Source: Sedimentisphaerales bacterium
Lineage (GTDB): Bacteria > Planctomycetota > Phycisphaerae > Sedimentisphaerales > SM23-30
Direction: 5' to 3'
NCBI GenBank assembly: GCA_963663965.2
Contig: CAXXFK010000042.1
Location: forward strand, 32,001-96,000
Length of the DNA stretch: 64,000 nucleotides
Positions within the stretch are counted from its first letter, which is position 1. Each line of letters begins with the position of its first letter. Both the position numbers and the translations under genes were made by a program. A model generated the notes under the pieces. The model saw only the letters and a program-made list of their open reading frames with translations. It was not told the DNA's origin and searched no databases. Below are positions 11,048 to 19,693 of this stretch, piece after piece.

Positions 11048-12139
11048 TCAGGGCATGGGTGCCACCACGGGCCAGTCCTCTTTCCAGACAATGGTTGAAA
11101 TCTGCAGATAGGAGCGTCCAAACTGGGCGTCGTAGGCGTGGCAGATGAGATAATCGGTGTTGTTATCATGGAAGACGGCCTGGTGTCCGACACCATGCCA
11201 TTTTTCAGTGGCGGCGGCAAGGATCTGAGTTCCGCCGCCAATAGCCATGTCGATACCGTTCTGATCAAGGTAGGGGCCGGTGAGGTCGTGGGAGCGTCCG
11301 ACGATAACGTTGTAGGTGCTGTTGACACCCCGACAGCAGAAATCGGCCGAGACAAAAAGATACCACCATTTGCCGTGTTTGATGATGAAAGGCGCTTCGA
11401 TAGCACCTTCAACCGGTGGGGTGACATGTTCGCTGCCGCGCGGCCGGGCGCAGAGGGTATAGAGGGTTGTGTTATCCGTGGAGAACATGCCGGTTTGGGG
11501 ATCAAGCTGACGCATTTTGATGCCGCCCCAGAAACTGCCCCAACAGAGCCAGACGGAATCTTTATCTTCGTATACCAGGTTGGCGTCAATCGCGTTGAAG
11601 TCATCCTGGCCGGCGGTAGAGCGGACTACCATGCCGTGATCGATCCATTTGTTGTCGGGGCTGTTCGGGTCAAGGGTGGTGTTGGTGGCGAGTCCGATGG
11701 CGGAGTTGTTGCGGCCGAAGGTTGAGATGGAGTAGTAGAGGTGGTATTGGCCGTTGAAATAGGAGATATCGGGGGCCCAGGAGCCGCGCGTGCCGGGGAT
11801 TTGCTCGGTACACCATGCGGGGAGTTGATCGAAGACGTAGCCGCAGCGCTGCCAGTTGATCATGTCTTTGGAGCAGCGGATTGGGATAATACCACCGCGA
11901 CGACCGCCTCCGCCAGTGCAAAACAGATAATAGGTGTCGCCTTCCTTGATCATGACCGGATCGTGTACGAAGGTATCGCCTTTGGGTTCGAAACGGATGG
12001 GTTCGTTTGGAATGGTCAGGGATTGACATCCGGCGAGATAGATGATCAGGATAAACGCAATGGCTGGCAGGAAAGCCGATTTAGAGAAGTCGCTGGAAGC
12101 AGGGGATCGATGGGGATGCTTTAATTTTGAGTTACGCAT
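11048..12139 (-). CDS. GH43 endo-1,5-alpha-L-arabinanase (lipoprotein)
   Basis: VHDP, WAPD, NAID, GSFWGGIK, IEAP and CCRG motifs; lipobox LAGC. Confidence 0.9.
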   Translation of the reverse strand: MRNSKLKHPHRSPASSDFSKSAFLPAIAFILIIYLAGCQSLTIPNEPIRFEPKGDTFVHDPVMIKEGDTYYLFCTGGGGRRGGIIPIRCSKDMINWQRCGYVFDQLPAWCTEQIPGTRGSWAPDISYFNGQYHLYYSISTFGRNNSAIGLATNTTLDPNSPDNKWIDHGMVVRSTAGQDDFNAIDANLVYEDKDSVWLCWGSFWGGIKMRQLDPQTGMFSTDNTTLYTLCARPRGSEHVTPPVEGAIEAPFIIKHGKWWYLFVSADFCCRGVNSTYNVIVGRSHDLTGPYLDQNGIDMAIGGGTQILAAATEKWHGVGHQAVFHDNNTDYLICHAYDAQFGRSYLQISTIVWKEDWPVVAPMP

Positions 12140-12332
12140 GCTAATAATCCTTTCCGTTACGATTGAAAATCAGTTTAGAGTTATAACGGGATAAACTCGC
12201 GATTTATTGTATGGATAATATCAGCCTGCATCCAGAGGTTGGGAGCGGCTATGTGCGCACGTGGATTGGTCCGACTTGAATTCTGGATCAAGACGGTAGC
12301 TAGAATGTATGGTTGTGGTAGTTGAGGTTACT

Positions 12333-13172
12333 TTATTTCTTATCCTCCTGGATGGGGATGTCGGCGGGTGGTTTGGTGGGGATGCCGAGGGCGTGGAGGG
12401 CTTCTTCGCCGTTCTGCTGGGAGAAGGTGTTGAGGGCTTCGTAGCGGTTACAGGCGTAACTGAAGACCTGGTCGTCAGTTACGCTGTGGTCTTTCATCAA
12501 TTCGGGGAGTCGGTCTTTGATGTATTCGGGGGCGAGTTTGGCTTCGCTGGGGTGTGTGGGGATTCTGGGTGGGTCGGGGATGTGGACGCGGGGTAAGTCG
12601 GGAAATGGGTACTCTGGGGGGTAGGCATTGGGTTCGTTTGGTTTTTGTTGTAATTGCAACTGTTGCAGTAGCTTAAGATTGGCCTGGAAGGTACGATTGA
12701 GGTGGGCTTCGTAGCGGGCCAGGCAGTTGAAGGCGGGGACTTCGAGGGTGAAGGCGGTGCCGACTTCGTTGTGGCGGGGCAGGTAGATACTCGAATGGGC
12801 GAAGGGCTGGTCGATGACGGTGTCTTTGCGAATTTCTTCGTTGGTGAGTCGGAGTTGATAGACGCGGGCATCGATCATTTCGGCTTCGATGCGGCCGATC
12901 CGTTCCAGTCGCCAGGCGGTGGAGACTATCTGGTCGGCGATGTGGCGCTGGAGATAGGTGGTGGGTTTGAGGTCTTGCAGCAATGCGGCGCGGAACTCGA
13001 GGTAAGTGAGTTCGGACTCGCCGGGGACAATGAGATGGGCGGGGTCCCGGCCACTGAGGCCGTGCTTGATGGCATTTTTCGATGAGATGGCCTTGCCTTC
13101 GGGGGTTTTGGGGCCGGTGGATTTCTGGGCGTTGCGACGGTTGGCTCTGAGTCTTCTTAGTGACGATGACAT
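12333..13172 (-). CDS. Hypothetical protein with N-terminal 'ANRRNAQKSTGPKTPEGK...NAIKHGL' motif (HGGxSTG-related), helical core and Pro-rich tail
   Basis: AGGAGG RBS (13181-13186); recognisable STGPxT motif; function unknown. Confidence 0.8.
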   Translation of the reverse strand: MSSSLRRLRANRRNAQKSTGPKTPEGKAISSKNAIKHGLSGRDPAHLIVPGESELTYLEFRAALLQDLKPTTYLQRHIADQIVSTAWRLERIGRIEAEMIDARVYQLRLTNEEIRKDTVIDQPFAHSSIYLPRHNEVGTAFTLEVPAFNCLARYEAHLNRTFQANLKLLQQLQLQQKPNEPNAYPPEYPFPDLPRVHIPDPPRIPTHPSEAKLAPEYIKDRLPELMKDHSVTDDQVFSYACNRYEALNTFSQQNGEEALHALGIPTKPPADIPIQEDKK

Positions 13173-13226
13173 GGTTGGTACCTCCTGTTAAAAATAGGTT
13201 AAAAGTTAAATCAGTCGAATCTTTGA

Positions 13227-13802
13227 TAAGTTTAAGTTTTGGTTGATGTTATGGTCATATTTTTTGTTGTTGGCTTCGTTTCGTTTTATGTTGGTATTCG
13301 CTGCGCTCATGTTAGTTTTATCTATCTCTTTTGCGAGATATCCTGTCGGTACGCCTCTACGAGGCGAGGGTTAAAAATTTCAATCTCATGATCGTTACCC
13401 AGGGTGGCGCTCGTCCCGTTATACGGGATTCGCTCTACCCTGGGCTGTTTTATGCCGGCCCGTTGGGCTGCTTTGGGTATCCGCCATTTGGCGGATGAAA
13501 TTATTATTTTCGTTAAGCTCATTTTGTGGTTGAGGTTATGGTCATTATTTTCATCATTGGGTTCGTTTCGTTTAGCATTAGTTTTCGCTGCGCTCATGTT
13601 GGTTTTATCTATCTCTTTTGCGAGATATCCTGCAGGTACGCCTCTGCGAGGCGTGGGTTAAAAATATACGTTTCGGATTCGGGTATTCCCGCCAATGAAT
13701 TGGCGGGCTAGGCGCTTTTGATCTCTCCGAGATATTATTTGTATCCGCCTTGAGGCGGATGTTGTTTTATTTTTTGGTAAGCCCAATTCATATTGGAGTT
13801 CA
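13227..13802. repeat. Modular hairpin repeat array 1 (two full units, A then B cassette, plus a degenerate third start)
   Basis: Unit starts at 13227, 13514 and 13778; shared blocks TTCGCTGCGCTCATG, TATCTCTTTTGCGAGATA, ACGCCTCT(G/A)CGAGGCG and ATCCGCC..GGCGGAT. Confidence 0.92.
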
Positions 13803-14123
13803 CAAGGCGACGCATGCACCCACAAGCTGCGCTTGAAGGGTGGCACCCGGCACACAGCTTAACCCCCAAAAATGCGCAGAGAATCTCTGTAGGCGTGGCC
13901 GAGTGGGTGTGGGGCACACCGGGGGTTCGGGGGCTATTGGGGCGACTTTGGGATTATAGACTGGTGTTGTAATATAGTCAAATAAATAATATAGTATTGT
14001 GTAATAAAAACACAAATATATTTAAGTTTCGTTATGAATAAATATGGGACAAATGGGGCCGATGGGACGTATGTGAGTGTAAGATACTGAAATGTATGTT
14101 GTTATGGTGAATATGGTGGTGGG

Positions 14124-14183
14124 ATTGGGAATAATGGGAATAATGGGAATAATGGGAGTTATGGGAGTTATGGGAACTTTGGG
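14124..14183. repeat. 9-bp tandem repeat ATGGGA(A/G)T(A/T)
   Basis: About 6 copies in tandem; a degenerate triplet also occurs at 14044-14070. Confidence 0.85.
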
Positions 14184-14228
14184 AGGAGATCTTTGGGGTA
14201 ATGTCTTTAAACTAGTATTCACTGTGAT

Positions 14229-14537
14229 TCATAAATGCTGGTCGCCGGGGTTCTCCGCGAACAGCCGGTAGCCGCTGCGGGTGATGGCGGTCAGGCGGTA
14301 GGTGGTTCCGGGCGGGCCGGCGGTGAACTGGCCGGCGGGGTCGGTGGTGACGGTGATGGTGCGAGACTCGCCGCCGTCAGGCGGGGCAATTTCCAGCCGG
14401 AGGGCGGCCTGGCCGACCGGTTCGCCGTACTGGTCCACAACGCGGTCGGTGCCCTCGGCCGGCCGGGGCAACAGGGTCAGGATGGTCAGGATCAATACGG
14501 CGGACAGTGAAAGGATGGTTCGTTGATGGTGCTGCAT
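14229..14537 (-). CDS. Short exported protein fragment (carboxypeptidase-regulatory-like beta domain), probably truncated
   Basis: AAGGAG RBS, signal peptide, 'VVDQYGEPV..A' and 'TTDPAGQF' motifs; GC-rich. Confidence 0.5.
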   Translation of the reverse strand: MQHHQRTILSLSAVLILTILTLLPRPAEGTDRVVDQYGEPVGQAALRLEIAPPDGGESRTITVTTDPAGQFTAGPPGTTYRLTAITRSGYRLFAENPGDQHL

Positions 14538-14720
14538 ATCGGGCTCCTTTGTTTTTAGGGCTTGCTGGAATTTTGCTTCATTGTTTGCGGAATTTCTATC
14601 AGGGTATTATTGCACTCTTTGTTATCACTGGTTTTATTGGTTCGTCTTTCTGATTTGTTGTCTTAATCCATCCACAAGTTTCACTGCGTTACGCTTGAAG
14701 TGTTATGTAAATTTTGGTCT

Positions 14721-15092
14721 TTATTCGAAACTAAATGAGAATAATTTATCTGTAATCAATAATAATACTGACCGACATTTTAATTCAAAACTATTTTCGT
14801 CATCATGCAAGACACAAAGATGTTCATCTTCCATTTCGTTATTAGAGTATTCAATAGTTAATGTTAATTCATTATATCTAAATTTTCCACAAAAGAAATC
14901 GCATCCTAAACAGCATATATACAAATGTTCTTCTTTATCATCCCTACTCAAACGAATAGCAAATCTTCTCCCTAATGATATAGTATAATGCCATAATTTT
15001 GCTTCTGACGCCTCCCATTGTCTTAATACAGGTGGTATTTGTTGGGGGGAAAAAGTAGAATCTACTTGTTTATGAACTCTGTCCCATTCCAT
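14721..15092 (-). CDS. Putative immunity protein of the Rhs toxin
   Basis: Small AT-rich ORF overlapping the 3' end of the Rhs C-terminal domain ORF. Confidence 0.6.
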   Translation of the reverse strand: MEWDRVHKQVDSTFSPQQIPPVLRQWEASEAKLWHYTISLGRRFAIRLSRDDKEEHLYICCLGCDFFCGKFRYNELTLTIEYSNNEMEDEHLCVLHDDENSFELKCRSVLLLITDKLFSFSFE

Positions 15093-17408
15093 TTCACATG
15101 ATCTCCATTTTTTATGAATTTTACTTTGTCCAAAAGATTTTCTTCGATCAAATAATTTAGTTCAGCATTCGTAATATTGCCACATGAAAAACCTTTAGAT
15201 CTATCTTTTAAAAATATCTGTACATCAAAGTTAGACACATCAAAAACAATCTCATCTGCATTTTTAACGGCCTCTTCAAATGATTTTCTAAAATAAAAAT
15301 CATTCCCCCATGCTCTCCCCCAATCAACTCTTGTCAGGCCAGCTTTTTGCCAACCACCTTCATAATATTTTATAACACCTCTTGGCAATCGATGAAGATC
15401 ATCATCAAGGCCTAATCCAATTATTCTCTTTTTATTGTTAGAAGTCAATCCGTATTTACTGTTTATCAAGTTTATTTCATTAACAAAATCATCTCCAATT
15501 TTAATCCATTCTTGTCGATTGATAGCAGGAAAATCGTCGATTGATCCACTAATATAATTTGTGCTCAATTTTGGAAATCTGGAATTTGTCCATTGTAAAG
15601 ACTGTAATTTGGCTCCTATCTTTTGAAATGCAATATTCTCAATAATACCGTAAGCAATATTACCACTCGCCATACCAACAACCGGAGCGTTACCACAAGA
15701 TAAATCAGCTTTATATTGACTGATCATTATTGATACATGTTCAGCTGATACATTTGTTAATGCCGCCATAAATGCCATCTCTTGAGTAGCATAATTATTT
15801 TTGCATTTATCGTATTCAATGAAAAAAGGCGTGGCGACAGTAGTAACAACTCCTTGAAATTTATTGATAGTCTCCGGCGGAGGGGTTTTAAAGAAATTAT
15901 CTACACTCTCAACAGTATTCGCCACATTAACAACAATTTGTGCTGCTCCAACTTTAATTACGGTCTCAACATTATCAGAGAATTGACTTGCTTTTCGTGT
16001 ACCTGGGCGAAATCCATATTTATTGAAATAAGAATCTTCAATTAATTCATAACGTTTCTGTTGCCTTTCCAACCCCAACAAATCCACCCCATTCACGCCC
16101 ATATAGGCGTTATAGAGGTTCAGGCCATCGGCGTATCCGGCCGGGTCTTCGCTGAGCCAGCGGCCGTGGACGGGGTCGTAGTCGCGGAAGTGGGTATGCG
16201 CCCATCGGGCGTTTCTATCGTGTCAGCATCAGGGCGGATATTAATCTGAAGATTCGTTGACAGACTATCACAAATGAATGAGGCAATGCCTCTTACCCGT
16301 AAAGGGATCGCGAACCATGCCGCACCAGCCGAAGGGGATATATCGGGAACGGCCGATATTGTAGCCGGTATTGTCGGGGGTGTTTTCGGTGGTTCCATCT
16401 GCCGCAAAGGATTTGCACAGGCCGGTGGAATTGTATACCCAATGGGTATGAATATTCCTGATCGCTCGCAAGCTAAGTTTTTACTCGTGTAGAACTAATG
16501 CACGGCCCAGCGGGCATTTTCAATGGTAAGCTGCAGAATTGAGCTTTTCGACGAGCTGGCCTACGTTCGCACTGCCGGGTGTGGCATCGACCACGCCCAT
16601 CAGCGTGCCGCGGTCGTCGGTGATGGGCACATAGACCGTTTGCGGGGTGGTCTGGCCATTATAATTTTCGACCAGGGCCAGCCGGTTGATGCCTTCTTCA
16701 GAGAGCACCTGACAAAATAAGTTATCTACTCCGACCGGCTGCAAAAGTCACCCGCTGCGTTCTCGGGGCAAAACATCCTCGACAACCCATAGCAGGGTTG
16801 CCTGCGGGTGTTTTACCCCTGCGGCCTTGCCGGTAACTTTTTCGCTCGGTCTCGTTACGATAATTATTCAGTCAGGCACTCTTATAGTAGCGGCGTTTGA
16901 GCTTGTTTTGCAGCGCGGCCGGGGCCGAATCGGCATACCATTCCTCCACGAGCATGACCCCGTCGTAAACCAGTTCCTTGTCGTGGAATTCGCTGGAGGC
17001 CGGCAGACTGGCAGGATTGCCGCTACCGGTGGGCCATTTGTAATAATGGCCCACGCGCCGGCCGAAGGCGTCGTAGCGGTAATAGACTTCGACAGGGATG
17101 TCAGCATCTGGGCTGTCGCCATCCTGCGTCTTGTCGATGACCCGGGTACAGCGCGAATCGGGGAGATTGTCGTTCCACTGGTAGCGGTGGTGATAATCTT
17201 CGTCGATATGGCCGGTATTGGCGGCGCTATAGCCAAAATAGAGGTTGCCGGGGATCTGGTCCGGGACCATGTGGGTGATTTCAACAGAACACAGGCGGGC
17301 GTTTTGCGACCCGGCGCGAGAAAGAGTAAGCTTGCGGTCCGCGCCGACAAAAACGGTCTGTTCGCCGGCGAGGAGGGGTTCGGTCTGACTGGGCGATTTG
17401 ATATTTAT
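15062..17408 (-). pseudogene. 5'-truncated, interrupted Rhs-repeat polymorphic toxin (core plus AT-rich C-terminal toxin domain)
   Basis: Joined reading gives YRYDAFGRR...KRRYY|EEGINRLA...EKL|YNSTG...PFGWCG..DPFTGK|HTHFRDYDPVHGRWLSEDPAGYADGLNLY..VNGVDLLGL-CT; three inserts; no start codon or RBS at the 5' edge. Confidence 0.85.
16702..16882. mobile_element. MITE-like element inserted in the Rhs gene
   Basis: Imperfect TIRs AGAGCACCTGACAAAATAA / TTATTCAGTCAGGCACTCT; internal ATCCTCGACA...GCCTGCGG shared with the other MITEs; removal restores the Rhs frame (YYTEEG). Confidence 0.75.
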
Positions 17409-17409
17409 T

Positions 17410-18880
17410 CATGTTGGGTTTCCCGTTAGATCGGGATTTTGCTGTGCTCAACGTTTTGTGTTGGTATTCGCTGCGCTCATGTTAGTTTTATCTATCTCTT
17501 TTGCGAGATAACCTGGCGGTACGCCTCTGCGAGGCGTGGGTTAAAATTTTAATTTCGGGTTTGGTACCCAGGGTGTCGCTCGTCCCGATGGATCGGGACT
17601 CGCTCTGCCCTGGGCTATTTTATGCCGGCCCGTTGGGCCGCTTTGGGTATCCGCCATTTGGCGGCTGTTCGTTTTATTTTTAGTTAAGCTCATTTTAACG
17701 CTGAGGTTAGAGTGACATTTTTTCATCATTGGGTTCGTTTTGAATTTGGTATTCGCTGCGCTCATGGTTAGTTTTATCTATCTCTTTTGCGAGATATCCT
17801 GTCGGTACGCCTCTGCGAGGCGTGGGTTAAAAGTTTCAAACTCGGGTTCGGGTATTCCCGCCAATGAATTGGCGGGCTATGCGCTTTTGATCTCTTCGAG
17901 ATATCATTTGTATCCGCCTTGAGGCGGATGAGTTTTTATTTTTTGTTAAGCTCATTTCGTTGGTGAGGTTAGGGTTATTATTTTCATCATTGGGTTTCCC
18001 GATAGATCGGGATTATGCTGTGCTCAACGTTTTGTATTGGTATTCGCTGCGCTCATGGTTGGTTTTATCTATCTCTTTTGCGAGATATCCTGGCGGTACG
18101 CCTCTGCGAGGCGTGGGTTAAAAATTTAATTTCGTGTTTGTTACCCAGGGTGGCGCTCGTCCCGATGGATCGGGACTCGCTCTGCCCTGGGCTATTTTAT
18201 ACTTGCCCGTTGGGCCGCTTTGGGTATCCGCCGTTCGGCGGATGTTTTTTTATTTTTTGTTAAGCTCATTTTAACGCTGAGGTTAGAGTGACATTTTTTC
18301 ATCATTGGGTTTCCCGATAGCTCGGGATTTTGCTGTGCTCAACGTTTTGTAATGGTATTCGCTGCGCTCATGGTGGTTTTATCTTTCGCCTTCGGTGCGA
18401 AATCCTGCAGGTACGCCTCTGCGAGGCGTGGATTAATCAAAGTAGCAAGCAGGAAGTAGCAAAGTTTTCCCGCCAATGAATTGGCGGGCTAGGCGCTTTT
18501 GATCTCTTCGAGATATTATTTGTATCCGTCCTCCTGAGGCGGACCTGCGGCCTTGAGGCGGATGAGTTTTTATTTTTTGTTAAGCTCATTTCGTTGGTGA
18601 GGTTAGGGTTATTATTTTCATCATTGGGTTTCCCGATAGATCGGGATTTCGCTGTGCTCAACGTTTTGTATTGGTATTCGCTGCGCTCATGGCTGGTTAA
18701 ACCAGGATGGGCAACCGGGGGTTGCCCATGCTACGTTATCTTTCGCCTTCGGTGCGAAATCCTGTCGGTACGCCTCTGCGAGGCGTGGAAAAAATTAAAA
18801 AACAATCGTTGACCGGCGGTCTTACGACCCCGGCTAGAAACGGTCGGCTCCTCCTGAGGCGGATCTTCGACCTTCGGGCC
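17410..18880. repeat. Modular hairpin repeat array 2 (five units, cassettes A-B-A-B-C)
   Basis: TAAGCTCA-N9-TGAGGTTA boxes at 17685, 17947, 18261 and 18581; same scaffold as array 1. Confidence 0.95.
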
Positions 18881-19247
18881 TTTTACGTTTGGGTTGCCGG
18901 GTTGTGTTGTTTTTGCTGGCTTCCATTTCATTCGTACCTTATTAACAGTCAAAATAAATTGGCTGGTTGGGCCCGGTTCGTACGCTATCGCACCAAGCCA
19001 CTAAGATAAACAGCCATTTAGACAGGATAATCCCGATCCCGAGGGCTCGGGGTTTCGCTTTGCTCAATATCCGGGACTTTCAGCCGATCAACAGGATCAA
19101 AAGTTCGGGATCATTAAAATATCTTGTAAGATGTAGTCATTACTTTGCTTATAAAACATAAGAACAAAAAGCTTGCTAAGAAAACAAAGAAATGATGGAT
19201 TGTAGTACGAAAAGATATTACTTGTGATTTGGTAAAAAAGGTTCATT

Positions 19248-19613
19248 GTGGCAATAGAGATTCATTTTGTGGATGAGGCAAGTTACCTGGTTGCTGAGAT
19301 CAGCGGTCAATGGGAGCAAGTCGACGTGGAACAAGCGATTACGACCCTGCGCGATGAGGCCGAGCGGCGTGGTTATCGCCGGATATTACTTGATTTGAGT
19401 GAGTTTTTGCCGCCCAAGGATATGATGACTCGTTTCTATTCGGGTGAGTTTCTGGCCAGTCAACTTGGTTCTCCTTTCAGAATGGCAACACTCTGGAAAC
19501 CGGAGTATTACAACCGGTTCGCTGAAACAGTGGCCGTGAACCGCGGGGCCCATATTCTGACCTTTTTTGAAAGGGATAAGGCTTTGGAATGGCTGCTGGA
19601 AGATTCCCAATAG
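19248..19613 (+). CDS. Small STAS/SpoIIAA-like protein
   Basis: 'RILLDLSE' and 'RFAETVAVNRG...FFERDKALEWL' pattern. Confidence 0.65.
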   Translation: MAIEIHFVDEASYLVAEISGQWEQVDVEQAITTLRDEAERRGYRRILLDLSEFLPPKDMMTRFYSGEFLASQLGSPFRMATLWKPEYYNRFAETVAVNRGAHILTFFERDKALEWLLEDSQ

Positions 19614-19693
19614 GGTAATGCCCGTTATGCCCATGGTGTCTCATGGGAACGGGCATGCTGTCAGGGAAAAGTAATCTGAAAAGAGAATCGGAC

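Noticed and set aside
12229..12300. SAM-I riboswitch suggested by ATCCAGAG
   Set aside because: The remaining consensus elements are missing, and orientation and context do not fit
13227..18880. CRISPR array
   Set aside because: Units are 260-320 bp, the variable parts recur instead of being unique spacers, and there are no cas genes in the window
13322..19009. Short ORFs within the arrays (e.g. 13322-13597, 17541-17765, 18437-18661)
   Set aside because: Frames and stops are not conserved between units, and indels follow hairpin boundaries rather than codons
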